Source of the DNA: Trichoplax adhaerens
Lineage: Eukaryota; Animalia; Placozoa
Reading direction: 5' to 3'
Length of the DNA stretch: 64,000 nt
Assembly: GCF_000150275.1 (NCBI RefSeq)
Contig: NW_002060945.1
Coordinates: 5,443,397-5,507,396 of the forward strand
Shown here: piece by piece, positions 1 to 12,700 of the stretch
Layout: every line of letters starts with the position of its first letter
How positions within the stretch are numbered: the stretch's first letter is position 1
Notes under the pieces: model-generated
What the model saw: the letters and a program-made list of their open reading frames with translations, nothing else
Told to the model about the DNA's origin: nothing
The model's database searches: none
Made by a program: the position numbers and the translations under genes

Positions 1-430
1 TACCAGGACGAGGTTCTGGAGTGCAAGGTAATAGTAGTCCCTTGACGTATACTGCATTCAATGAAACTAAAGCCAGACTGCCATTTCTACCTTTGATAAC
101 CATCGGATAGACTAAGAAATGGAATCTTTAACAAGGATAGAACTGTATTGGCAAAAATGATTGTATAAACTAAATCACAGGCTCTTTTTTTGAATTAAAG
201 GCAGTTCGAACCAGCACATTCATCATGCTGCTCTGCATGAATACACGAATAAACAATTTACCAGCTGACACGACTCTCTTCATTTGCTAAGTGCCCGTAA
301 CCTTGCAGGCATGACTGTGCTTAGCCCTTCCTCTTGCAACAAGCACAGAGAATAAGATGGAATCATATTGTCTACTAATAATATAATTTACATGTTTACT
401 TACTGTTAGCCCTGGACAAAAAGGTCATAC

Positions 431-453
431 GTACAGTACAGTACAGTACAGTA
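431..453. repeat. (GTACA)n / ACAGT pentamer microsatellite
   Basis: gtacagtacagtacagtacagta seen directly. Confidence 0.9.
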
Positions 454-751
454 TCGCAGATAGAATGTTTACATAGCGTAACAACTCCAATTTTATATCC
501 ATTCTGAGTCAGTGATTTGGTGATGATGATAGCCTTTAAATATTACCCTTTACCCTGTATGATCTGTTTCCTTCGTACATATCGTCTATACAAAGTTATT
601 TTAAAATTGAGATACATAAACCAAGTTTGGATCAACATTTTTCCTCTCTAATACACCTACATACAATTCATAAACCCATTGATTCTAAGATTCTCATGTC
701 TTAAATAATTCACTAATTAATAAACTTTCTATCATTTTTATCGCCTAACAG

Positions 752-2322
752 CTTCGGTATTGCCGGTGAAATCAATGTGCAAGGTGAAGAAGTCAAAAAA
801 TTGGATGTCTTAGCTAATGAATTATTCATTAATATGTTAAAGTCATCCTACACTGTTGCTGCCATGGTATCGGAAGAGAATGAGAAAATGATTGAAGTAG
901 AAACGGAGAAACAAGGAAAATATATCGTCTATTTTGATCCTTTGGATGGCTCCTCTAATATAGATTGCTTAGTTTCCATTGGTTCTATATTTGCGATAGG
1001 CAAAAAGGTACATCACAACAGTCTATACTATGTTGCAAACGTGTATTAATGCATTATAGATCGCAATTTTATCATTTATAGTCGAAATGAAGGATGGCCT
1101 TCACTGTTAATGTCGTCTTCAATACAGTACGATTAATTGTTTATTAGCTACTTAATAACCCTGTAAAAAAATAGCAATTACTCAATTAAATTTGAATTAA
1201 ACTACGTATTCTTGGAACTATCTTGTACGTATACCTTAGAATTGTGATGGAACGCCAACTGAAAAAGATTGCCTTTGCAGCGGTCGCAACATTGTTGCTG
1301 CTGGCTACGCCTTATATGGCAGTGCTACCATGGTTGTTTTATCAACTGGTAATGGTGTCAATGGATTTACCTTAGATCCAGTAAGTGTAAAAGTTGTGTT
1401 ACTGTACAGTACAATTGAACCGCTTGATGTGTCTCAAAATATCACAAATTTCCTGTCGCAACTGTTATACCGTAAATTTTTGCTCTTTATAATTAATTTT
1501 ACAACGCGTATGTAGGCATAACCATTAACCACTTGTACCCGTAAATAGCTTGATATTATCGATGATACTATTATACCTAAGATAAATATTCTATCAAATG
1601 CGTTATGTAGTCTATCGGAGAATTCGTCTTGACTCATGCAGATATGCAATGCAAACCGAATGGCAAAAAAATCTATAGCTTGAATGAAGGCTATGCACAA
1701 TATTTTGATCCTGCTGTAACAGAATTTTTGGAAAGGAAAAAGTTTCCCAAAGTATGGCCTAAAATAATTTCATCGCTAACAAATTATGCTTTTTATAATA
1801 AAGCTAAAATTCTTGAAAATTTTTGTCTTTTTTGTATCATATAACTTACAATCTACTGTAAGTTTACACTTATTCATTTACTACTTCGTTCCTTGTTTAG
1901 GATGGCTCTGCGCCTTATTCTGCTCGATACGTCGGTTCTATGGTATCGGACGTTCACAGGACGCTGATGTATGGCGGTATTTTTATGTATCCTGCTAATG
2001 TAAAGAGTCCTAAAGGCAAAGTAAGATTAATTAATTGATTCAATATATCAGGTTCAGCGCGAATGTCTTTTAGTCATTGCTGGTCAATTGCATAAATAAA
2101 TAAAATTATGTTATTATTTAATTTCACCAGTTGAGATTATTGTATGAATGCATACCAATGGCGTATGTAATGGAACAAGCTGGTGGTCTGGCAACTACAG
2201 GCGAGAAAGATATCTTGGACGTTGAACCGAAATCAATCCACGATCGTTGCCCCATCTTCCTTGGCTCAAAGCGTGACGTAGAAGACGTCATAGATCTATA
2301 CAGTAAACATAAGTCGGGTTAA
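752..2322 (+). CDS. FBP1: Fructose-1,6-bisphosphatase class I (5' exon(s) not found in window); exons ~752-1007, 1240-1380, 1611-1751, 1901-2020, 2131-2322
   Basis: Spliced translation gives [95 protein letters not shown]; GT-AG introns keep the frame; stop TAA at 2320-2322. Confidence 0.97.
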
Positions 2323-3735
2323 TTCTGACTACTCTTAATTATGACGAAAGCCTGTTTTCGTATTGTAGTCGTTTTATTTCATCTATTGCTTACGTTTATG
2401 TGTATTGCAATATCAATTAATAATCATATTATGGACGACATTACGATTTACTGAGTGCGGTATACTGGGATATAGCCTCAAATGAATTCAAATTATTTCA
2501 TGCTCTTCATGTCTTTTGATTAAACAATTTTTAGTGGCTAAATTTAGAAGGTAGTCAATACTAGATTACTTTTAATGGGCTAATAAGTACTCTTTAAGAT
2601 TATATCTAATTAGTTAAGATCATTCTGAAGTATAACTAAACCTGGATGTACTGCTTGATGTAATGGCAATAAAGAGTACTTCAGTAAAATTAGTATTACC
2701 TTAACGTTTAGTACGATTGAATTCCGCTTACTGGATATTTTGTAAGGATGTTTAGTGTTTTAAAGAACGCACCAATGAGGTAGATAAGATAGGTCACTAC
2801 CTATGGTATTTTGCATCTCGTACTACAATACTGCATCTAATCGATTTTGTTATAAAAATCTTTAGTTTCGTATATTAAAAAAACGTCTAAGCTTCTTGTC
2901 GATCAGCTAATCGGCACAGTTAATATCTCAGTTGAGCAGAATATTTTAGAAAGTTAAAAGATACACACCCAAATAAAAGAAAATTTACAAAGTACTCACC
3001 AGCCTTAGCTGTTATGATAGTTACCAAATTTTTATTATTCTTATAACAAAATTAAAATAAATGACCACCTATACAAGTGTATAGGTTATCAAGGTCTTAG
3101 ATAGCTATTAGCTTTCTATGAAAACATCAACAAAATTGTCTCGTCGTCACAAATATAAAAATATAATTTTAGCGATTGATATTATAGTTATTAGGCCATA
3201 ATTGGTGATGATACTGCAACACATTAAGATGAATAGGTACGCACTGTAGAAATAGGTATAAGATCCATGTAATCGATAAGTAATGATCACATTTTGTCAT
3301 AGCCAGTCCTTATTCAAAGGCTGTTAATAAGTTACTCGGTAAGCACCAGTACTCATCTTAGTGTCATTATACAGTTGAAAGAGCGATCAGCAAAAGAAGT
3401 AGAGAAAATTTGCCGGCAACTTGTATACAATCGGATCGAATAGAGCCTCGTACATTTCGCCAAGGGTATCTTAAACTAAATAACTACATTGCTAGTAATT
3501 ACGATATATAAAAATACGACGTGCGCATAAACGAAATTATAAAAATAAATTGAAGTCATTATTTGGTATGCCCGTATAACTTGACAGGCAAGCAAAAAAA
3601 CACCTAGTAAAACCAATAAATCAGTGTAATTGGATTAATTGTACAATCTTCGAACAAGTGTCATTTATAATTTGAAAACGCATTGGCTTAGATATAGTTT
3701 TATGCCTTAGGATTATAGTTATAGAAGTACTAATA

Positions 3736-6700
3736 TTATTTAGCTGAATCATCTTCTTCTTCGGCTGTCTCTCCTTGTTTCAGTTTATCGATTATCTGTA
3801 AAGTAGATAGTTTGTAATATAACTTTAGCATAGGTCTACTGTATATTGTATTTTAGGAATACGAAAATGTCCTTTTCTAGAAATACGATCAATATCATTT
3901 AAATAAACACTTTTTGATTTAACGATAAATGACAGAAAAATTCTTACTCCTTTCAGTCTGGCAATTTCTTTGCTTTCAGCGTTCTTTTTAGCATCATTAG
4001 TGATAAGTTTGACACGAGAAGCATAGCTATAAAAAGTTTAATGGAATAGAGAGAATAAATGGGTCATCAGGATTTTCATTTAATTGACATTTAAAATTCC
4101 TAATTTAAATTTCTCAATTACATATTTTATAATGGCGCTTACGTTAATGATACAAGAGTTTCATCAGTATTGTAATCAGCTGGTGAGATGTTTACAAACA
4201 TAAGAGTTTTTGCATTACCACCTAAATAAGAATCATTTAATGTTAGAAAATGTAACAGAGAACTTAAAATTTCTCAAGCAAAGATAAATTTATTATTATG
4301 GGATGTTATTAGAACAGTTTTCCTGAAGTTTGGATAAATTAACTTGTTTAACTTCTACTGTATTGCTTTAAAATTAGACGGTATTTCAGTATGACAATTT
4401 TTAACTAATCTGAGTCTATGATGATACAACGTACCTAGTGAATCCTGCATTAACATGGTTAACTTGTTATTACGATATGGAATGAAAGATTGTTCACTGG
4501 ATAATGCAGCAATAACGTCTCCCAATGCGCTTAAACTTTTATTAATTGATTGTGCTTCCTAAATATACAGCAATGTTTCATTATAAATTAAAATAATTCC
4601 ATAATATTCCAGCGAGACCATTTTTAATTTCTTTTAAATGAGACAAGTAAAGTTTAGCTTTCAATAATGCGAATTTTCATATAATTCCATACTTTTAACT
4701 GTGCTGCTGATGCTCCTGTTTTAGCGGCTCTTTCAGATCCAGCCAAATCGACCAGACTTAGCTAAGTAGCAAAAAGCAATGTGATTAATAGGTATGATGA
4801 AATTTTACAATTTTTGCATGATTGCCAATATCGTTTTTGATTGAAATTGTGCCACGTTGCAATCGTTGATCAGATTTAGTTAAATTTTTATATTAATTGA
4901 TAACATGCAATCAAGCTGATTCTCATTGGAATTTCTAATTAGTTATTCAAAATCGTGTTAAGAATTATATCAAATAATCATAATTTTAGGAAAAATCTCT
5001 TACCTTGCCGTTAATCTTATTACCAGTGGCTAAATTTGTACTTTCAATAATAATACCAATAACTAAATGAGACCTGGAGCTTTCAGAATTCATTTCTATT
5101 TATTAAAGGAATTGAGACAATTTTTTACTAGATTACAATTGACAAGATTCTATCTAAAACTATCATTACTTTATGGGAAAAGTAACGAATTTAAAAGTTG
5201 CAGAGTTATACAAGTATTTATCTATTTCGGCCCATTATCAGAAAATAGTAGCTAATTTACTCACTTGTCGAAGCAGTATGCCTATTTTTAGATCCTTCTT
5301 CGAATATAGTCATCAATTCGGAACTCGTTTCTGCGTATTTTATATTTGAATTGGTAATTCTAACCATGCCCTATATCAACAAGATTATTCAATAAAAAAT
5401 CCTTCTTAGCTACCTTATATTTTTCGTTATGTCATGATACATTAAATAAATGATTAAGAGAAACTTACATTCTTATCTTTCTTAATATCCATCTTTGCTG
5501 GTTGATGTAAAGTCAAGGAAAAAAAAATTCCTCATGTTGACGACTCCATTCACAAGTCGAAAAAAACAACATAGTTTATTATAAACTTTCGCTAATAATT
5601 GTATATTATTTATTATAAAAAGGATATCTCAGAATTGACTGCCGCCAGCAGGTCCAATAAGCGATCGTTGTATAACTCCAACATGTAACAGGATATTTTG
5701 AATGTATATTTTTTCCTGTAACAATCCCATTAATCAGATTTGTTATTAAAAGTTGAATGTTATAGAATAAAAGATATCAATAACTTTTGCATTATTTACT
5801 CATTCTCTTTGACCAAGTTGAAGATTCTATCAAATGCTCTTGGAGCAATACCAGGATATTTCATGTCGCCATCACCAATCATGGTATAAGTAAATATAGT
5901 TAAGGTAAATTTAGTCTCTCAGCTGGTATAATTAAAGTACGATCATGAAGGTTATTATTTTTGACGTGAAGAAGTATCTCACACGAATAATTATTTATCT
6001 CTCATGGTAGTGCAAGCTGATTTTAAGCTATATTCTCTAATAGAGCACACCGTAAGGTTATATTAAAAGCAATAAGGAGTAGATAAATTATGTTCGTTCT
6101 AATCATGATGAAAAAGGATATGTTTTTCCAGAGCCAGTTTGACCATAGGCAAAAATACATACGTTGTAGCCGTCAACAGCCGATTGGACTAAATTCTACA
6201 GGTTAACATGAGGTTTTAAATGAATTACTTAATTTCAGTATAACAGAAAGGTATTTTATTTCCAGAATTAAATAGCATAGTGTAAGTGAGATAGTATTAA
6301 TAGATGATAATACAGTTAAAGGAAAAAGGATTTCCTATCGAGAACGTTTGCTTACATAAGTATCTTCAAAAACTCTCTCTTGTGATGAATCTGGCATGAA
6401 AATCTGATCAAATTGAAATTCTTTCTTTCCTTTATGGCTTGAGACATTAATCGAGTATTCATCGGGTGATTCAATAACGGAATAATTATTCTGATTTAGA
6501 GTGGGTAAGGAAACAAAAAATTATCAATTAATAATAAGCTTGAAATATAGGCCAAGATTTCAATCATTAATCGTTTGAGATGTGATATGGAAGAGGGTAA
6601 TATAATCACAATATCGATAAATGTATACAGTATAATATATTAATTAAGCAGAACCAAAATAAGCATAGATTAATTTAACTTACCCTCTCCTTTTCACTAG

Positions 6701-9700
6701 AACTAAGTGGACGAGCACGACAATAAACGCGGATTTTTCCTTTCATATCTTCAATAATATTGTAGTACTTCTTTCTTAATAACTAAATTGGGATATAAAC
6801 ATATATGAATTAATGAATTATCAAATTTTACAGCATTTACACGCAATAAATGTATTATAATACTGCCAATTTTTACTAATAGCTAAAGAAATAGTTCCAT
6901 CATGGCAGACTTACCCTTTCAGTATTAAAGTTCTCGCTTAAGGTCTTGTTGTCAGTTTCTAAATTGCTGACTTTTTTTTTAAGTTGATCTCTTTCTTCCA
7001 TAGCTTGCAATCCTTCCTGTAATTTAAAATGTCCATTAATTGGGTTTACAATCGATATAAAAAGAATTTATTTAATTAAGGACATGGAATCAATCAACTA
7101 AACCCACTAAAATGCTCTTATATTTATACTGATAGTTATACCTGAGCAGCTACGCCTAATTTGGCAATCTCCGCCTCGTTTGCTTTATTTTGAGTGTCTA
7201 AACTGTTATAGTCCTATAAGATAAAGTATCAAAAAATATATGTTCTATTATGACGCATACTTTTAATAGAGCTTTGCATTTCCAATCTAGTAATAAATTG
7301 TAAGCAGTTCGCATTTATTCGTGTTTACGGTACTATACCTTTTTCAATTGAGCAAGTTCTTCTTCCGTTTTAGCTAATGTACTTTGCGTTTTTTCCAATT
7401 TATTATTGGTTGAATCTAGTTGCTTTTGGATATCTGTAGTATGTAATTATAACAGTTACTTAAATATTATATTACTAAAGTTTCTGTCAATCACGTTATA
7501 TCTCTCGCATTTTTATTACAGTAGTGTAAGAAAAAAAACTTCCAATAAACTAACCCTTGATTTGTTTCTCAGCTTTCTTTAATGCTGCTTTCTAAAATAT
7601 GGAAAGTTAAAAATAATTGGTTGAATAATAATTGTAGATGAAGTAAAATTGTTATGAGCTGTCTATAATCCGCGGGTATTTACCAAAGGTAACTCAAAAT
7701 TGCAAGGAGAAATAAAATTTATCATGGGCTAATAATATCTCTAAATATTGTTTTGAACTCACATCTTCTGCTAATTTTAATTTCTCTTTCATTTCTTGTT
7801 CATATTTCTTATACTTCAGTTGTTCTTCGGTAACATTCTTCTTTAAGTTAGCAACTTGTTCTTGAAGATTTTTCATTTTTTCTTGCATTTTAGGATCCAC
7901 TTTTGGACCATCATTTTTCTTGGTTTTAATATCAACTTCTAGAGATTTTATCTTTTAGAACAAAAAGTAATAATCAGATTAAGTTGATTCCAATACTATA
8001 GCAGGTCTCATCTATTGAGGGACTTTAATATCTAGTGTTTCTATTAATATTCATATCATTTAAAATGCTTAGAATAAGAAGCAATAATCGAATTAAGTTG
8101 ATTCTAATACTATAGTAGGTCTCGTCTATTGAAGAACGCTAATGTCTAGTATTCTTATTAACTTTCATACCATTAAAATGCTTAAGAAATAAATGATACT
8201 AGCGCAGTTAATTATCAGTATTGCTTAGAGAAAAAATTATAATAACTGTAAATAAATGTTTTCTAATATTTTTAATTAACGGGTACCAGTCTAATAAATT
8301 AATAGCAAGATTACTTTCTTAAGTATTATGGAAGAATTGCTCGTACCTTTCCTTCTAGAGCTGCAACCTTATTCTTTTCTTGTAGCGCTCTTTCGTTTTC
8401 TTTCTCTTGATTCTTTTTCATTATTTCTTTAACTTGTTTATCCTTATCAGCACGCATCTTATCATTTTTTGCCTTCGAAAATTAACACATGATTAGTTCA
8501 TAGGCAATACTACGCTGAAATAGCCTTTTCCATGATGCTAAAAAAGTGGAATTATACTATAGCAGTTAAGATAATATACTGCGGTAAGTTTGCATGATGC
8601 AATACTAAAGGAATTGATCTAGTAACCAATCCCCTAATATTACCATGTCGAATCATAAAAAATTACATCAATTTTTCTAATCTTAGGATCCATACAGCAA
8701 ATGTAATTGAATTGCAAAGAGAAATTCTTACCTTTAGATCTGTAGCAGTCGATTTTTCTTTCGCTAGCGATTTCTTAATTGAGTCCACCTCCGTTTGCAG
8801 TTCCTTAACTGCATTTTGCGCTTTTGCAGCTTTTTCATTCGAGCTTTGTTTTTCTTTTTCTAAGGTTTTCTATAAAAAAGTTTAGAATTAAACATTAATT
8901 GTATGATAATCCATGAAAAGGTTGAAATATGGATGATCGATAAAGAATTTATAGAGAATTATAATTGAGAATGAGTTAATACAACTAGCGATGAGTGGAT
9001 ATTTTACATTTCTATCTATCCGACATACAATTTTAGCCATATATTGTTTCATTTCTTTAGCTGTATCGATAGGAACTGCCTTAAGTTGAGCATTTTGTAA
9101 ACTCTCAATTGTGGCCGTTGCTTCATCCAATGCCTAAGTTAATATTTAAGAGAATATTAATTATTAATATTGCAGAAATACTGGTGTAGCTAGCATGTAC
9201 AATATTTGGTTTTCACGCATAAAATATCTACTATGCGTATTTGGTATAATATCTCTACAATGTTGTAACTTTCAGTTAAAGGACGGCAGATGGATTATTG
9301 AAATAACAACTTATTCAAATAACGTTTTCCTATAGGATCTAAGCTCTTAGATAGCACTGTGACGTAGAAGAAATTTTACCTTCTGCTTAGTATCGATTTC
9401 AGCTTGTAAATTATTTTTAACAGATTCAATCTTTCTAGCTGTTTCTTGATTATCATCCGATGAATTCTCCTTCAAAGCTTGCAGCTCCTGTCGACGATAT
9501 ATTAATTAGTTCGGATATTTGCTAATTTTTATTTAATTCTAAGTTGTAATTCAATTTTTCTTTGCTTTACTAGCTAGGCTACAAAAAAGTGTAATTCTAC
9601 CTCCTTTAAAGCCTCTAGTTCTTCTAGATGAGAGGCGTGATTTACACGTTCTAATTCCAATTCCGATTCCAATGTTTGAACCTGACCTTGTAGAGCAGCT

Positions 9701-12700
9701 AGTTGTTGTTCTACCTCCTAAAGTAGATAACGAATGATATGATTTTATCGATTGCCTTTATTTACTATCATCAATTGCTTCATTATTTTTACCTCCAGAT
9801 TCTCTGTATTGACTTCAATGGGTGCAACGACTGGAACTGGAGCTGGAGCTGGAGCTGGAGCACTGGTAACGGCAACAGCTGTAACAGCTGTAGCAGTTGC
9901 TGCTGCAGCAGCATCGGATAATTTACTATTTAATTCTTCGATTTGCTGCTTTAATTCAGCTATTTTGCTTTCTAGCTCTTGGTTTGAATCTTGTAATTTA
10001 TCCACAGAATCGGTTAGTTGTGATTTCTTCTCTAAGAGTGCATCTCTTTCTTCGGTAATATCCTTTAGTTGATCTTGTAGATCAGCAATTTGAGCCTCAA
10101 ATACAGCTAAAGTTTATAAAATTCAAACAGATTTATAGCATCTAGAATAGGCTTATCATTAATGTATGTTCGGTTGTATATCTCAAGCAAAATCAAATCG
10201 TAGACTGGCTATATAATTCGATCCTAGTTTAAAAGTTATTTTACCTGTTGAAGCTGATGCTGTTTCTTGAACTACCAGATCATCAGGCACAACTCCATCA
10301 CGTAACATGGTTAGTGCAGCAACTGTTCCTTCAGCTTGATGCAATAGTTTTTCTTTATCTTCTAACTGTGCTTGGAGCGCCTTAAGTTGATCTTCCCTAT
10401 ATACAATATGGTGATTAGCAATGTCAATAATTTGTAGCTGTAAAATGTCCCCAAAATGTGGGCTCATAATAAGTTAAAATCGGATTGTATCTGGGCAAGA
10501 ATTTTTACATCGTTTAACGCTCTTACCTGTCTTTATCGTCTGCTTTGGGGCCATCCTCTTTCTCAACTTGTTTTTCTAACTTGCCAATCTGTTCTTGAAG
10601 CTCTTCTCGTTCTTTAGTGATGCTGTCTTTCTGCTTTTCAGCGTCATTAATATCTTTATCGACATGTTCGGACTTTGCAGCACCCTCTGATTTAGTTTCA
10701 TTGATTACAACTTGAAGGCTATTCTGTAGCATAACAGCCTTAGCTTCTGCTTTCTTCAAATCTTCCATCATGGTAAGCATTCTTTGATTCAAGCGTTTAT
10801 TTTCCTTTTCCAGATTTTGATTTGACTGCACAGTATCCTCTACTTTACGTTCTGCTTCTTTTAGATTTCTTTCAGCCTCTTTTTGCGACTGCAATGATTT
10901 ATCCAGATTAGCTTTAACTTCATCTAATTCCTTTTGCAGCTTTTCTGTTTGTTCCTTGGCTGCAGCAACGGCAGCCGGATCCATCACTGGGATAAACAGG
11001 GATAAAATTGTCATACATGGTTCAATTTTAGATATCAAACAATATTTGATCTATGTTCTAGTCTAGTTGCGTAACAATAATTGAGTTCTAAAATATATTT
11101 CAGGATAATTGAAACCTAAATTGTAATTGGTATTATTTTCATATTTCAGTGGCATAGCTCTTTTTAACTAATCAATCGACTAATGGAGTAAATCTCTAGA
11201 TCTGTGTCGGTATATTATTATGATCAAAGAAACAGATTAGTGTTGTTTATTCATACCTGGCCTATCAACAGGTTTTTCGACATAAACCGTCTCAGTTTTA
11301 ATAACTACTTGCGGTTCTAGCTGAGGCAATTCTGCTACATTGCCCTCCTTTAGCATCTTTTGAACTTCAAGTTGTTGTTCATTTGTATTTATTTTTTCAT
11401 CCAAAGCTTGCAATTCAGCTTGCAAATCAGCTTGTAGTTGTTCTTTTACTTCATCTCTGCATGATTGATATGGTCAATTAGATGCATACTATAGCCATAA
11501 AGATTGTTCAAAATTGAAAAATTAATACGAACTCTTTAGGTTCCTGAGATTCTTCAACTTCTTGCGATTTTTCTTCGGTATTATTAAGCTCTTCTAATTT
11601 TTGTTGTAGTTCAACTTTTTTTGCATTAAGTTCTTTAGCCTCTGATTCAGCTTTTTCTAATGTTTCATCGGCTGATGTTTTAATGGCTTCATTTGTAGCT
11701 ACTGTAGCCAGTACTGCTTGTAAACGTTCTTGTAATGCGTTATACTGTAGTTTAACAGCGTTTAATTCCTAAAAGCAGAAAAATTTGTAAGTATATTAAC
11801 ATGTTTTATCAGCTACAGACGAATGATACGGTAGTCTCTAAAATACAAATATTGATCATTATATCTAATCGTAATCCGTTGCTTGAGAGAAAAAATGAAG
11901 TTAAAATATGATTAAGATTAGAAGAGCTATGAATTTTTACCACTTTAGCGGCAGTAGCTTCTTCTTCTAGTCTCTCTTTCTCTTCTAGGCTTATTCCTTG
12001 CGGTTGAGGTGGAGGAGCAGATGTTACTAATGCTTCTGTTGTAACGACAGCAGCAACTGCTGCCTCTTGGTTTGCGTCTACGGTATCAGCCCTATAATAT
12101 TAAGAAGAAATCGAACGAAAAGATTTTAAGATGAGGTAACTCCTGATCATTTACCATTTAAAATTTCTAGTATGTTTAACTTGTTTCTACTATATTATGC
12201 CTACAATATTATAGAAATGAGAGTTAAAAATTTCCTTTGGAATTGATAATTGGATAGCTGTAATCTTTAACTCGAAAGTAATAGTAAAGTAATTGCTCAT
12301 CGTCACATCATCTCAGACACTAATGACCTTTTCAGTAGTCTTTCTTTTTCTTCTTCCCATGATTCCTTTTCTTTCTCATGCTGATCGATTTGCTCTTTTA
12401 ACTTATTAATATCCTCATCGAAATTTTCTCTTATTCTTGCAATATCTTTTTCGTGATCATCATTAATGGATTGAATTTTTTCTTCTAATTTAGACTTGTC
12501 CGATTGCATTAAAGCTGCCGCATCTTCCAGATCTATAACCCAGAAATAAATTACATTAGGCTCGGCTGATATGAAACAACCTAGTATCAATGGATATACA
12601 CTCTACTATTGATGTATTGAAAAATTTTATTGGAAATTAACCTGCTGTGTATTTGGCTCTTTCAGTATCTAACTGTTTGGTTAATTCGTTAATCATGTCC

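Noticed and set aside
1-30. Exon-like end (…gagtgcaag|gtaata) at the window start
   Set aside because: No frame resembles the expected upstream FBPase exon and it is too short to assign
9739-10072. Plus-strand ORFs with GAGAGA / WSWSWS repeats
   Set aside because: Antisense reading of the kinesin Ala/Pro-rich exon
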